The notes below the pieces were generated by a model. It was given only the letters and a program-made list of their open reading frames with translations, was not told the DNA's origin and searched no databases. Below, in pieces: positions 37,322 through 46,949 of a stretch of 64,000 nucleotides of DNA. A program made the position numbers and the translations under genes. The DNA lies in IMG/VR virus record IMGVR_UViG_3300028800_000057; one strand, 5' to 3'. The DNA comes from a virus. Lineage: Duplodnaviria > Heunggongvirae > Uroviricota > Caudoviricetes. Numbering within the stretch: the stretch's first letter is position 1; every line of letters starts with the position of its first letter.

Positions 37322-37565
37322 GATCTAAAGTTCTTTCTAGTAGTTCTTTGGTCTTCGTATCAATGCCTTGTTTTGCTAGTAGCCAAGCCCATACATAGGG
37401 ACCATAGATGGCTTCTAGCACGTTCACAGCCAAGAGGTGCTCAAAGTCAGGTACTGTTCGACCCGCCTCGAGCTCATTGCACCCGTACACTGCATATTCA
37501 AGTACTACCCCCCAGTTAATGTCCTTGTTCATGGTAGGCATCTTGGGTTTTTCTGATTCGCTCAT
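37287..37565 (-). CDS. Hypothetical protein
   Basis: 92-aa ORF. Confidence 0.35.
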   Translation of the reverse strand: MSESEKPKMPTMNKDINWGVVLEYAVYGCNELEAGRTVPDFEHLLAVNVLEAIYGPYVWAWLLAKQGIDTKTKELLERTLDHVPPSTHLPHP

Positions 37566-37571
37566 GACTCC

Positions 37572-37964
37572 TCATTTCTTGAACTTAGCCGTTGGGTACT
37601 TCTCACGAACATATTTCTTGGCTTCTCGCCTGTTGTCTGCGCGAAACGTCAGCTCGACTTTCCCATCCTCTGAAGAGCACCAGTACAGAGGGCGACCAGG
37701 GCCGAAGTAGGTTACAAATCGATCATACCCCAACCGGTCAAGATGTACTGCGTGCATCTTCATGAGACTGCCGTCATACACCCCAAGTAAATTTGGCCTG
37801 TCTGTAAACCCACCCTTGAGTTCAGGTTCTGTATCCCCATCGATCTCTGACTGCAGCCTCTCCTGCAGGCCGTGAAGTATCCGATAGGCGTCGTTCGTAG
37901 TAGTTAACGGCAACAGCTCCCGCAGGGCCAGGTTCACTTGACCTAGTATCTCTGAGACTCTCAT
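37572..37964 (-). CDS. Hypothetical protein
   Basis: 130-aa ORF with stop/start overlap to the upstream gene. Confidence 0.4.
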   Translation of the reverse strand: MRVSEILGQVNLALRELLPLTTTNDAYRILHGLQERLQSEIDGDTEPELKGGFTDRPNLLGVYDGSLMKMHAVHLDRLGYDRFVTYFGPGRPLYWCSSEDGKVELTFRADNRREAKKYVREKYPTAKFKK

Positions 37965-38464
37965 GGGATCAAGATCTTTTCGATCTCGGCCATGACGGCC
38001 AAGTGGCTTTTGGTCAACTTGCGCTTGGCGCGCAAGTGCTTGAGGATAATCACTGTCTCCTCCAATTGCTTGGGAGAAGGATTGTCCCGAAGGTTTGCTA
38101 ACCTATCGCAAAGCTTTAGGAATAGGGCATAACTAGACATACCGGCCATGTGGCCTTTCAGGTACTCCAGCTTGCCCATCTTCTTGAGGGCTACGGGGTC
38201 TGAGGTCAGCTCGAAGACGAGGGAGGCAATCGACATCCCAAAGAGCCGAAGGATCTGGGCATAGGTGGCCTTCGTGTCCTCGACAGTGTCGTGAAGGATG
38301 GCCGCGCAAATCAGAGTCTCTAGGGCCTTTGACCGCTTGTAGCTCGCGGCCAAGTACGACACGAGTATTGGGTGTGTGACGTAATCAGCCCCAGATACCT
38401 TGCGTTTCTGCCCACGATGCTTTGAGGTAGCGTACTTGAGGGCTTTGAGGATTAGTTCGCTCAT
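37961..38464 (-). CDS. HD-domain (p)ppGpp hydrolase-like small alarmone hydrolase (RelA/SpoT HD family)
   Basis: ATSKHRGQKRKVSGADYVTHPILVSYLAA...ICAAILHDTVEDT matches the Rel/SpoT hydrolase HD signature (HxGQxRK...PYxxHPL...AALLHDxxEDT). Confidence 0.65.
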   Translation of the reverse strand: MSELILKALKYATSKHRGQKRKVSGADYVTHPILVSYLAASYKRSKALETLICAAILHDTVEDTKATYAQILRLFGMSIASLVFELTSDPVALKKMGKLEYLKGHMAGMSSYALFLKLCDRLANLRDNPSPKQLEETVIILKHLRAKRKLTKSHLAVMAEIEKILIP

Positions 38465-38470
38465 GCATGG

Positions 38471-38498
38471 TATTACGCACGAGGAACTACAATCTCAA
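38471..38498 (-). promoter_or_regulatory. Conserved phage promoter (TTGAGA-N16-GTAATA); leaderless for ATG 38464
   Basis: The reverse complement reads TTGAGAttgtagttcctcgtgcGTAATAccatgcATG; -10 end plus 7 nt is 38464. Confidence 0.55.
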
Positions 38499-38904
38499 CA
38501 TCTTTTGAAGAAGACCAGTCATCCCACTCGTCCTCGGTCAGTATAAAAGACCCAATCGGCAACGGATCTACAATACCATCTGAGCGGTAAGTCTTGATAC
38601 TCTCCCCGTCGAGTCGAGTGATTGTCCCGTCCTGCTGACGAATGAAAATTAGGCACTCCGCGTGAGATGGGTCGCTCTTCCATCCAGAATTCTTCTCTGC
38701 CCATACGACTAAGTCGTTGTTATTCATGGGCTTACCACACGTTTTGCAGCAGTAGGGGTGGATCTGGACCCGCGCGATCCTCGGGTACTCTACCTGGTCT
38801 TCCATCCTTTGACCGGGCTTCTTCTTCCTTTGGTAGTGGCCATAGAGGAGAGTTATGGCCAAGCCCACCAAAAATGAGATGATGATAGCAACTGTACTAC
38901 ACAT
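38473..38904 (-). CDS. Membrane-anchored Cys-containing protein
   Basis: N-terminal TM helix; CCKTCGKP. Confidence 0.4.
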   Translation of the reverse strand: MCSTVAIIISFLVGLAITLLYGHYQRKKKPGQRMEDQVEYPRIARVQIHPYCCKTCGKPMNNNDLVVWAEKNSGWKSDPSHAECLIFIRQQDGTITRLDGESIKTYRSDGIVDPLPIGSFILTEDEWDDWSSSKDVEIVVPRA

Positions 38905-38909
38905 GCCTT

Positions 38910-39758
38910 CTACTCCAAGATCAGCGACAGGGGCTCGGTTGAGATTCTGAAGTCGACTCTCTGCTCGTATTTGACCGGATGTTTGATGAACGGGCCGTCG
39001 AGGTACAAGATGCCGTCGTTGACTTTGGAGATAAGCTTGAAGCTCATGCCCTCAAAGAATCGAGTCACTACCTCTCCAGGACCCGCGTAGGGTTCTCGGA
39101 TGATAGCTTGGAGGTAGTTGCACTCAGGTGAGTAGCAGGTACCTCCTGCTGACTTCATGGCTCCCGTAGAGCCAGCTCCGGTACCAACCCAAAGCCCCGA
39201 GGACCCGTAGCGGTCCTTGCCCAGAATGAATTTGGTCATAGCGGCAGGGCACACATGGGAGAATAGGGCCTCATTCAGTACCCGGTTCGAAACCACCTTG
39301 CCATCAACTAGTACCTGGAGGCGGGTGACTCTCCTGGCCATGCCTTTGAAAGTCTTAGACTTTAGGATACCAGCAACATCGGAGGCGAGGGCCGCGCAGA
39401 GGTACCCTGTTGAAGTCTTGGGGTCTGAGTTCACACCAAGTATAGGGACGCCTGCAGGCACCTTGTGGGAGGCAGAGAGCAGTGTCCCATCCCCACCGAC
39501 CGTGATGACCAGCTTCGTGGTTACTGGTACTTTGAAGTCTACTCCAAGCCCATCAATTATCACTGGCTTTTGGCCTACTGCATCTAAAGCCTCGAGGATG
39601 ATGTCTATCGACTTCGAGTGCCTCAGGTGGACACTACGAGCGCGACGAATCGCTGAAGGGGCCACACCATCAAATCCACCACGAGTATGGGATAATTGTT
39701 CCCAGGTACTACGCTTGACAACTAGAATGATTCGTTCTCTCATGGGTCTTCCTTGCAT
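38910..39758 (-). CDS. nadK: NAD(+) kinase
   Basis: 282 aa with the GGDGT motif (VITVGGDGTLLSASH) and the downstream ILGVNSDP (the NxG loop) typical of ATP-NAD kinases. Confidence 0.65.
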   Translation of the reverse strand: MQGRPMRERIILVVKRSTWEQLSHTRGGFDGVAPSAIRRARSVHLRHSKSIDIILEALDAVGQKPVIIDGLGVDFKVPVTTKLVITVGGDGTLLSASHKVPAGVPILGVNSDPKTSTGYLCAALASDVAGILKSKTFKGMARRVTRLQVLVDGKVVSNRVLNEALFSHVCPAAMTKFILGKDRYGSSGLWVGTGAGSTGAMKSAGGTCYSPECNYLQAIIREPYAGPGEVVTRFFEGMSFKLISKVNDGILYLDGPFIKHPVKYEQRVDFRISTEPLSLILE

Positions 39759-40031
39759 TTACCCTAGTTACAGCTTCTATCACTTCTATCGGAGCAACTC
39801 CAGTAGATATTCGCAGGCTTTCCCCGGATATCTCAGCGATGCAGTCGTACTCCCAAGTGAAAAAGGCAAGCTGCTAGTAGACCCTCTCGGACGTACCAGC
39901 CCCATTCTTCTGGAAGCTCCGGCAAGTCGTACTCGTTGGTCATGCTTCAGCTACACCTAAACCCCACACGTTTACAGACATGCCTCTCTTTGGGTTGTTG
40001 ACGTACTGAATACTTAGGTGTACTTGATGGC

Positions 40032-40427
40032 ATGAGCTGTCGGCACGACCTAGCACTAGGGAATTGTAAGATCTGCTACCCTTTCACCGGTATGATTACC
40101 CCAGATTCAGAGGATGGTGGACTCGATGGACCGGGGGCTATCTCGAAGGTAGTGTACGATTTCGTGATGAGCACGAAGAAAAAGACTCCGACGCGTCGCG
40201 TTCTTCTTGACTCTTGGGTCAGATTCAAGGACCCGGTTACTGGTGAGTATCTCTACCGAGCACGCAAGCCTGGGGAGATGACCCAGGGGGAAGCTAAGCG
40301 GGCTTTGAAACTTGAGTTCATCATCAGCAGGCTGAACTCGGGACCGCCCATTGAAGATCTACTAGACTCAGCGCAGAAGGTCCTTGACAAGTTTCAAGAG
40401 ATCGAATCTATGGGGATCGAGTCTTGA
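40032..40427 (+). CDS. Hypothetical protein
   Basis: 131-aa ORF. Confidence 0.4.
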   Translation: MSCRHDLALGNCKICYPFTGMITPDSEDGGLDGPGAISKVVYDFVMSTKKKTPTRRVLLDSWVRFKDPVTGEYLYRARKPGEMTQGEAKRALKLEFIISRLNSGPPIEDLLDSAQKVLDKFQEIESMGIES

Positions 40428-40583
40428 GTTTCTTTCTCAGGGCAGCTCGCGCACGCTTGGCTACCCATTCAATTAATCCACTAGTGGTGGAATCGTTCTT
40501 GTTCAGTAGGTCATAGGAGCGACTGCAGGCTGGACACATAGCCCCCGGCTCCGCGTGGGGCTTCTCACAGATGATACAGGGAC

Positions 40584-40901
40584 TCATCTCATCGGTTCCA
40601 GTGTGTGACCCCAAAAGTACGTGATCGGTAGGTACTCTGGTGGGCCATCGGCGCAGATAGTTATGGCTGGGTCCTTACCATTCGGGCATTTGTCCTTCCA
40701 AAGTGCTTGCAGGATCTTCTGGTTCCGGTAGTAGACTTCTTGAAGTGCGTTGTCCCGAGCATCCTCTTGTCGGTAGCGCGCAAGTCGCTGGGCTTTAGTC
40801 TCGAAGTGAGGATCAATTCGGACAGGTGGAATAAAATGGAGCAAACAAGCAGCTATAAAGACCCACCCTAAGACTAGGATTACTTTGGACATAGGCTTCA
40901 T
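40584..40901 (-). CDS. Small membrane protein, paralog of 40898-41197
   Basis: The shared motif KDKCPNGKDPAITICADGPP aligns with KCDAGQNSVLQICIDGPP in the neighbouring paralog. Confidence 0.4.
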   Translation of the reverse strand: MKPMSKVILVLGWVFIAACLLHFIPPVRIDPHFETKAQRLARYRQEDARDNALQEVYYRNQKILQALWKDKCPNGKDPAITICADGPPEYLPITYFWGHTLEPMR

Positions 40902-41197
40902 GGCACTACTTTCGGTGGCCCGTCAATGCAGATCTGTAGAACGCTGTTCTGACCAGCATCACACTTATCCTGCCAGTACTGGGATAAGATCAATCGGTTG
41001 TGCTCTTTGGCTAGATGACGCTCTTGAGTGAGCCTTACCATATCCCGGTTGAACTCTTCTCTCTCCTTGTCCGCCTTGGACACTGTGGGCTTTACTTGTA
41101 GCTCCTCGACATTGGAATCGTGGATTGGTTTCAAGTAGTACATTGATACCAGTCCGGCTACAAAACCAAGAATGAACCCAAACACTAAATGTCTCAC
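40898..41197 (-). CDS. Small membrane protein, paralog of 40584-40901
   Basis: Tandem duplicate; N-terminal TM helix. Confidence 0.4.
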   Translation of the reverse strand: MRHLVFGFILGFVAGLVSMYYLKPIHDSNVEELQVKPTVSKADKEREEFNRDMVRLTQERHLAKEHNRLILSQYWQDKCDAGQNSVLQICIDGPPKVVP

Positions 41198-41715
41198 AAC
41201 TCACCTCTCTCGTGCGCGAGCATGCATCGCACCCGGTCCAGCTCCTCTTGGGTATGCGGGGTTCCGCCGGCATTGATGTTGAGGTACAGTTGGAGGATTT
41301 CAGCTCTTGTTTCAAGGCTGCAGACCCTCCATTTGAAGCCCATGTGGAGTCTCATTCGGTCCGTGAACTCTGACCGGTAATAACCATGAGCCTTGAACTC
41401 ATCCCGGAGCCATGCTCGAACCGCTTCGAGTCGTTGCTTGCCGTCGACGATCTCGTAAGTACCAAGCTCTATGCAGCTTCCCCAACCCACCGCGTTGAAG
41501 GTGAGGTTCTTGCCAACCTCACCACCTTGCATGACATACTCGACATAGTCCTGCTGTTGCTGCTTGGACCACACATGAGCGCGCTGAAAGTCAGGGTCGA
41601 GGTTCAGACCGTCTTCTTCGATAGCGGACCTTATGAAGCCCTCCAGGAAGTGCCAGTCAACATCAACCTCGTAATGAGCTCGCGGGAGTAACGGTATGTC
41701 TTGGAAACGGGCCAT
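41194..41715 (-). CDS. DUF262 (ParB/Srx-fold, GmrSD N-terminal-like) domain protein
   Basis: DPDFQRAHVWSKQQQQDYVEYVMQGG...YEIVDGKQRLEAV matches the DUF262 signature (QR..VW......I.S...G.P...............DGQQRL). Confidence 0.5.
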   Translation of the reverse strand: MARFQDIPLLPRAHYEVDVDWHFLEGFIRSAIEEDGLNLDPDFQRAHVWSKQQQQDYVEYVMQGGEVGKNLTFNAVGWGSCIELGTYEIVDGKQRLEAVRAWLRDEFKAHGYYRSEFTDRMRLHMGFKWRVCSLETRAEILQLYLNINAGGTPHTQEELDRVRCMLAHERGEL

Positions 41716-41942
41716 AATCAGGATTCCTGGCTGAGGCTCATGGCCTCAGAAATACTTCCAAACTGGATTTGCAAGGTGATCTCGTAGGCAATCTTCATCG
41801 ATACCGGTCGACAATGGCCACCGCCTTATTGTCTTTCCACCCAGGGAAGAGTCTGAGCTTGAGTCCTCGGTCACCCTTTCCTTCGTACGTGTAAGATGAC
41901 CCGTCTCCGGTAAGCACAAGGTTACCGATCTTCATAGTGTTA

Positions 41943-42620
41943 TCAGGCATTGGTGGTTTCCTTCGGTAGTGCTTCAACGATCTTTACAACTCCTTGCATG
42001 CGATCTTCATTGAGCCCTTGGGAAGCCTCAACGAGTTTGACGATTGCCCGCACGCGCGCTTCGGTGAGGCCTCGAATGGTGATGTTGAAGTAGCAGTCAG
42101 TTTTGGACATCGGGAAGATCAAGTCAGCATACGCTGGTAGGTCATCTCGAAGGCGACCCAGGGCGGCCATGACTTCTTGACGTTGCTGCTCATGGAGCGC
42201 CCGGCGCTCAAGCATCCGTTTGAACCAGCTGTTCTGTTTTAGGGTCTCCTCGTAGACTTCCTCTGCAAAGTTCTCGAGCCCTTCTTCGATGGTAGTACCC
42301 CGGTAGAGGATCTCACCATCAGGTTCCATTCGGATAGTCTCAAAGGACATCACAAGAACGCCCTTGTCGACACCCTCGGTGACGGTGAGTGCCCGATACA
42401 CCTCAGGGTCTTCGGTGATTAGGAAAGTGAACCAATACCGATTGTTGGCCCTCTCAGCGTTGATTCCTACTCCTTCGAGTTTTGCTTGGAGTGCAGACAG
42501 GATGTCTAGGGCTCGGTTTTCGACTTCGGGGCTGCTGTAAAATGGCATTTGGATCTTCTTCCTCAGTTGGAACAATGGGTGCTGGTGGATAATCTCGGTC
42601 GAGACCTCGGGCGATCTCAC
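41943..42620 (-). CDS. Hypothetical protein
   Basis: 225-aa ORF. Confidence 0.4.
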   Translation of the reverse strand: MRSPEVSTEIIHQHPLFQLRKKIQMPFYSSPEVENRALDILSALQAKLEGVGINAERANNRYWFTFLITEDPEVYRALTVTEGVDKGVLVMSFETIRMEPDGEILYRGTTIEEGLENFAEEVYEETLKQNSWFKRMLERRALHEQQRQEVMAALGRLRDDLPAYADLIFPMSKTDCYFNITIRGLTEARVRAIVKLVEASQGLNEDRMQGVVKIVEALPKETTNA

Positions 42621-42852
42621 CTAAGGTTGGTCGGTGGGCAATCTTCCAGTGACGACACCAGACTTCTTTCGTCGGGACGTCAGAGGGCTCTCCGCGAGCT
42701 GCACAGAGAGGGCAAACTGCTACCTGCTCCCCAAGCTTACGGTCGGCAAGCGATGTCCACCAAGGAGTAGGCGTTCGACAGAAGCAACACGTCTCCTGGT
42801 CGGTATTCCTAGTCAGTTCGTCGTCGGGCTCTCGGTGAATGGGGATTGGCAT
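42454..42852 (-). CDS. Cys-rich zinc-binding-like protein
   Basis: CCFCRTP...CPLCAARGE; downstream of a family promoter. Confidence 0.4.
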   Translation of the reverse strand: MPIPIHREPDDELTRNTDQETCCFCRTPTPWWTSLADRKLGEQVAVCPLCAARGEPSDVPTKEVWCRHWKIAHRPTLGEIARGLDRDYPPAPIVPTEEEDPNAILQQPRSRKPSPRHPVCTPSKTRRSRNQR

Positions 42853-42864
42853 GTACTCGTGGAG

Positions 42865-42892
42865 TATTACGCACGAGTAGATACTTTCTCAA
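42865..42892 (-). promoter_or_regulatory. Conserved phage promoter (TTGAGA-N16-GTAATA) for ATG 42852; the -35 is part of a short palindrome with a plus-strand TTGAGA
   Basis: The reverse complement reads TTGAGAaagtatctactcgtgcGTAATActccacgagtacATG. Confidence 0.5.
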
Positions 42893-43112
42893 GCTATTAG
42901 TTGAGAAAGTATAATACCGAACGAGAGGCCTACTACCGCTTACCCTCAATTGTGTGGAGTTCCTTGAGGAGCTTATCTGCCATGTCGAGCTTACCAACTC
43001 GACGAGCCCAGTTGATCTTTAGAAGAAGGGCCAAGCAAGTCGCCAATTTGAGAGAGGGTTCACGCTCGGGTATCACCTCAGGTTGAGGCATCAGTGTCTC
43101 CCGCGCAGGGTA

Positions 43113-43427
43113 CTACTTCGAGGGGTATACCTCTTTGGGCCAAGCCATCAATCGAGCCAGGTACCCTAGCCTGTTTCCGAGTTCCAGGTAAGCTTGAGCA
43201 TACTTGGGTCGGTCTTTGGGGAATACCCAGATAGAGTAGTTGGGGCTTTCACTCAAAGGGAGAACTGGCTTAGGAGCTCCTTCGAAGGGGGTGCCTCGAA
43301 GGATCGTGAAGTCCAGCGTTCCACCAAACAAGTTAGCGGCCAAGAAAATGAACTCTTGGGCCTTGTCGAAGTCCGCGACCAGAGCGAACAACCCACCGTG
43401 CTTTCGAACATCAAACTCTTCTGGCAT
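43113..43427 (-). CDS. Hypothetical protein
   Basis: 104-aa ORF. Confidence 0.35.
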   Translation of the reverse strand: MPEEFDVRKHGGLFALVADFDKAQEFIFLAANLFGGTLDFTILRGTPFEGAPKPVLPLSESPNYSIWVFPKDRPKYAQAYLELGNRLGYLARLMAWPKEVYPSK

Positions 43428-43430
43428 GAG

Positions 43431-43694
43431 TTAGAACCCCTTGAAGTTGCTAAGTATTTTACTGACGTTGTTCATACGGCCTATGAGATCGTTACGCGCA
43501 GATCGTTCAGTATTCCCGGAACCAAAAAGAACTGGTCCACCAAGAGTGAGTTTAACTGCAATAGTCCAAGAGTCATCTGCATGCTTGTTCAAGGTGATAT
43601 TGAGCCCACCTGAGTCGTTATTGGACCACATGTCGAGCTTGACATCCTTCTCAAGAGTGTGACCGAGGAATCGTTTGGTACTTACTTTACCCAT
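43431..43694 (-). CDS. Hypothetical protein
   Basis: 87-aa ORF. Confidence 0.35.
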   Translation of the reverse strand: MGKVSTKRFLGHTLEKDVKLDMWSNNDSGGLNITLNKHADDSWTIAVKLTLGGPVLFGSGNTERSARNDLIGRMNNVSKILSNFKGF

Positions 43695-44034
43695 TGGGTA
43701 ACCCTGAATCTTCTAGTTTAACCTCTGTCCCGGGGTACTTCTTCTCTAAGATGCGCCCGCACTCACAAGTGAAGACCAGAACTACTTGCCCTTGAAGCAG
43801 GGATATAGCACCCAGGGCGGCAATCCCTTCGGCCTCAAATCTACGACCTGAGTAGGGTTTACTTGCTATTCTAGCTCTCAAAGTCCATTTGTGTCGATGA
43901 AACATGATTCCTCTCAAATCGGTTGACAGCACGCCTCCGGTGACAGCCTTAGGGTACGACAGCTCACCGTGGTCTTGCACAACATTGGAGTCCTGACCCA
44001 ACTTGGACCAAAGCTTCCGGGCTCTATCCAGCAC
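43687..44034 (-). CDS. Hypothetical protein
   Basis: 115-aa ORF. Confidence 0.35.
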   Translation of the reverse strand: MLDRARKLWSKLGQDSNVVQDHGELSYPKAVTGGVLSTDLRGIMFHRHKWTLRARIASKPYSGRRFEAEGIAALGAISLLQGQVVLVFTCECGRILEKKYPGTEVKLEDSGLPNG

Positions 44035-44256
44035 TCAGCATACTCAGGGTAGCAGTTCGTCTCGTGGTGACAGTAGGCGCGCGAGGTGAACGACAAGTCA
44101 GACAGGTAAAACGAGTTGTCGACTGCGTACGGTTCTATCAGGATCTCAGACGGCAAGGCATCCAAACCCAAGGAAAAGATTACGGCTGGGATGTACCCGC
44201 ACAGAAACCACGGTAGCATGGCTGTCAAAGCTACAGTAGCTGGGAACCAAAGTCAA

Positions 44257-44781
44257 TCAAGCTGATTGTTTCAATTCGAATCCACCACACTCCGGACAAT
44301 GGCACGGATCTTCCATCTTTGAGTACTTGGACCACTCCTCCGGGTACGGGATGAGGAACGCCCAGTAGATGACCTCGATGAGCCCGGTCCGGCGAGGGTG
44401 AGGGTCCCAGAGAAGCTCCCCGTAGCGCGCAACCACAACGTGATTCTCTTTTGAGACAGCGGTCCGGACTGTCTTGCCAGACATGAAGTGAATCCCCGGT
44501 GCCTTTACTTCGAGAGCACTCAAGAAGTGAGGTTGTAGGTTGACATAGGCCAGCCCATGGTGCTTGCGCAAGTAGGTTCCCAGTTCGTTCTGGTAGTAGG
44601 GCTCCTTGCGTGTCCACGTCCCGCTCTCTTCAGGGTTTGGCTTGTCCCAAAGATCACACACAGTCTGATCCGGTAGTTGCTCAGGAGGGATCTCTAGTAC
44701 GCAAGCTACAGCAGTTTGCCAGCAATTGCCGTGTATGACATTGGTTTGAGTGTACTCAATCATCACCCTTGTGTACACCAA
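44257..44781 (-). CDS. Hypothetical protein (weakly papain-like: GNCWQTAVACVL; C-terminal CPECGG)
   Basis: 174-aa ORF; the motif resemblance is weak. Confidence 0.4.
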   Translation of the reverse strand: MVYTRVMIEYTQTNVIHGNCWQTAVACVLEIPPEQLPDQTVCDLWDKPNPEESGTWTRKEPYYQNELGTYLRKHHGLAYVNLQPHFLSALEVKAPGIHFMSGKTVRTAVSKENHVVVARYGELLWDPHPRRTGLIEVIYWAFLIPYPEEWSKYSKMEDPCHCPECGGFELKQSA

Positions 44782-44832
44782 GGGGTAACCATTACCTCAT
44801 AATGGCTACCCACATAGTAGTAAACGATGACT

Positions 44833-45264
44833 TCAGTGCTTGGCTGCAATCAACGAAGTCGATGAGATAGGTGAGGAGGATGAACGAACGCTCAATATTG
44901 ACTCTAGGCTGCTGATTGCTGAGCTCATCGAATCGACCGGGATGACCTCCAACTGAGTTTCAACCCCAACTGCGAGTTGTTCCGTTGCTGCTTCGATTTG
45001 CTCAACCATATCCGTGATCCCAGCTAGGTTTTCACCGATCTCGGTAACTGCCACTAGCAGTTCCTCGGAGAACTCCTCGAACTGTGGAGTGAACCGCCGA
45101 GCACCCTTGAGCGGAGTCAGGGTGGACTTCAGGACACCGTCCTGAGTAATCTCGAAGTGAGTCGCCATCTCGGCGAAGCGGGCCTGGGCTTTCGTTGCTT
45201 TTTGAATCAATTCAGGGAGTATGCTGAGAATCTGTGCTTGACGTTGGCTTGTTGTCTGTTTCAT
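44833..45264 (-). CDS. Hypothetical protein
   Basis: 143-aa ORF downstream of a family promoter with a 49-nt leader and an SD. Confidence 0.45.
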   Translation of the reverse strand: MKQTTSQRQAQILSILPELIQKATKAQARFAEMATHFEITQDGVLKSTLTPLKGARRFTPQFEEFSEELLVAVTEIGENLAGITDMVEQIEAATEQLAVGVETQLEVIPVDSMSSAISSLESILSVRSSSSPISSTSLIAAKH

Positions 45265-45319
45265 CCTGGTCCCCTATTGGGTGCGTTTAGATCTCGAGAG
45301 TATCGAGGTCGTTAGTCCA

Positions 45320-45347
45320 TATTACGCGCGAGGATGGCAGATCTCAA
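45320..45347 (-). promoter_or_regulatory. Conserved phage promoter (TTGAGA-N16-GTAATA)
   Basis: The reverse complement reads GTTGAGATCTGCCATCCTCGCGCGTAATA; the first 20 nt are nearly identical to the promoter at 63251-63270. Confidence 0.5.
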
Positions 45348-45365
45348 CAAGTCAGATCAAAAGTA

Positions 45366-45710
45366 TCACACCTTGTGGGCAAACCCTACTCTAACCCCAG
45401 GGTAGTGCTGACTTCCGTCGTCTGGCCCCCCAGGCTTACAGGTTATTTGGACCTCGGCCCAAATCTCTTCAAGTTCGATTTTAAGTGCCTCGGCCTCAAG
45501 CTCATTTGAATTGAGTAGAGAGAGTGGTATCCGAACCCCCATTACTTCAGCTATTGAGTAGGTGAACCGCTGGCGTAGGTACTGGCGGACTCGGTTTGGC
45601 GTTGGGCCAAAGGAGGTTAGCGTCACGTGGTACTCATCCGGGTAGTCGATGAAGAATGGCATCTGCATGGCTACTAAGGGTATGGGGTCCGGAGGATCTT
45701 CAAGGGGCAT
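45366..45710 (-). CDS. Hypothetical protein
   Basis: 114-aa ORF. Confidence 0.4.
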   Translation of the reverse strand: MPLEDPPDPIPLVAMQMPFFIDYPDEYHVTLTSFGPTPNRVRQYLRQRFTYSIAEVMGVRIPLSLLNSNELEAEALKIELEEIWAEVQITCKPGGPDDGSQHYPGVRVGFAHKV

Positions 45711-46176
45711 AGTACCTGTATCTCCATACCTCGCCCGTGAATACTTGGTTGGCTAGGTCGTACTCCATGCCAACTTCTATGGTCTTCTCAGGGTTAGTGT
45801 CCCAAGAAGATACCTTGAAGGACACACCCTGGTGTGCCCCAGAGGTTGCGTCGACCCACCTGACGCTCATGTGATCTCCGGTATCAAGGTTGAATAGTCC
45901 AACTCCAATCCGTTTGGCCACAAGGGAAGTTTGACGTCTAGTTCTAAGATCTTCCTCCCACTCAACGATGTTCTCCCAAGTCACATCAGAGAATTGTGGA
46001 ATCTCAGAGGTGGGTAGGCTACGAGATTCGAACTTACGTGGGATAGTCTGAAGAGCTGCGTTGACGGCCTCCTTACACTCCGGACAATAGTCAGTGCAGG
46101 ACTCTCGAGAGCGGTTGTAGGAGTTCCACAGATAGATGATCTGGCAGTTCTTGCATCGGATGTAGCGTTCGATCAT
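45700..46176 (-). CDS. Zinc-ribbon protein
   Basis: CKNCQ...CTDYCPECKE; its start ATG overlaps the tagged upstream gene's stop (ATATGA). Confidence 0.4.
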   Translation of the reverse strand: MIERYIRCKNCQIIYLWNSYNRSRESCTDYCPECKEAVNAALQTIPRKFESRSLPTSEIPQFSDVTWENIVEWEEDLRTRRQTSLVAKRIGVGLFNLDTGDHMSVRWVDATSGAHQGVSFKVSSWDTNPEKTIEVGMEYDLANQVFTGEVWRYRYYAP

Positions 46177-46424
46177 ATCACTGGGTCCCTCTCGTACCGA
46201 GTCTTCACCCTGGACCGATTCTGAATATCCAAGTTTACAGCTATAATGAAGTCCCTCTTAGTATTGAACTTAGCTCGAATAGAGGAGCTATCGTTCCAAA
46301 TGGCTGTGAACAATTCAGAGAACAAGCTGAGGGTGATCTCCTCAGCAGGCTTACCTGAGATACCATTGTCCTCTAGTACCCCCTCAACTGCCTCGATGAA
46401 CTTGAGGAAGCGAGATTTGTTCAT
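46173..46424 (-). CDS. Small protein with C-terminal RYERDPVI tag (paralog of 46421-46729)
   Basis: Ends KTRYERDPVI*; the shared core with its neighbour is I...W......I..KF.T...F. Confidence 0.5.
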   Translation of the reverse strand: MNKSRFLKFIEAVEGVLEDNGISGKPAEEITLSLFSELFTAIWNDSSSIRAKFNTKRDFIIAVNLDIQNRSRVKTRYERDPVI

Positions 46425-46729
46425 ATCACGGGGTCCCGTTCGTAGCGGCTCTTGATCCTAGTCACTGCAGGTTTTGAGTCAGGATCTACGAGTCGTGTCT
46501 TGACCACGTGTACCCTGAAGCTATCGAATGTTTTGAACTTAGACTTGATAGCATCATTGTTGTCCCAGGCTGCCCTAATAACTCTATCAAGCACTGAGAT
46601 GACGGTGGTCTCGGCAACCTCACTACTGATGTTGTCCTCCTTCATAGCATTCATCACCGAAGTGACAAGCTTGAGGTAGGCTGAGTTAGCCATGGCCCGT
46701 GTAGAACTCCCAAGATTCTTGCTCTTCAC
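46421..46729 (-). CDS. Small protein with C-terminal RYERDPVI tag (paralog of 46173-46424)
   Basis: Ends KSRYERDPVI*. Confidence 0.5.
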   Translation of the reverse strand: MKSKNLGSSTRAMANSAYLKLVTSVMNAMKEDNISSEVAETTVISVLDRVIRAAWDNNDAIKSKFKTFDSFRVHVVKTRLVDPDSKPAVTRIKSRYERDPVI

Positions 46730-46949
46730 TCCAACACCAACCGAGTTCCTTGAGTTGGTTTATCTCTGCGGTTGTGAAGGACAAGTCGGTATCTGGGCTC
46801 TCTAATGGTCCAACATAGACTCCCTTATCCAACCCAATCAAGGTGACTTTAGGTTTGTGCTTTTGGATGATCCGAATGCCTTGGAGGATCTTGAGGGCTA
46901 TCTCCTCAGCTGGGGATCCAGGCTCGTTATCTTCAGGAAGAGTGTTCAT
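46686..46949 (-). CDS. Hypothetical protein
   Basis: 87-aa ORF. Confidence 0.35.
   Translation of the reverse strand: MNTLPEDNEPGSPAEEIALKILQGIRIIQKHKPKVTLIGLDKGVYVGPLESPDTDLSFTTAEINQLKELGWCWSEEQESWEFYTGHG

Noticed and set aside
42893-42915. Plus-strand TTGAGA followed closely by TATAAT at 42910
   Set aside because: The spacer is only 3 nt, so this cannot be a promoter. The TTGAGA is the palindromic partner of the minus-strand promoter -35.
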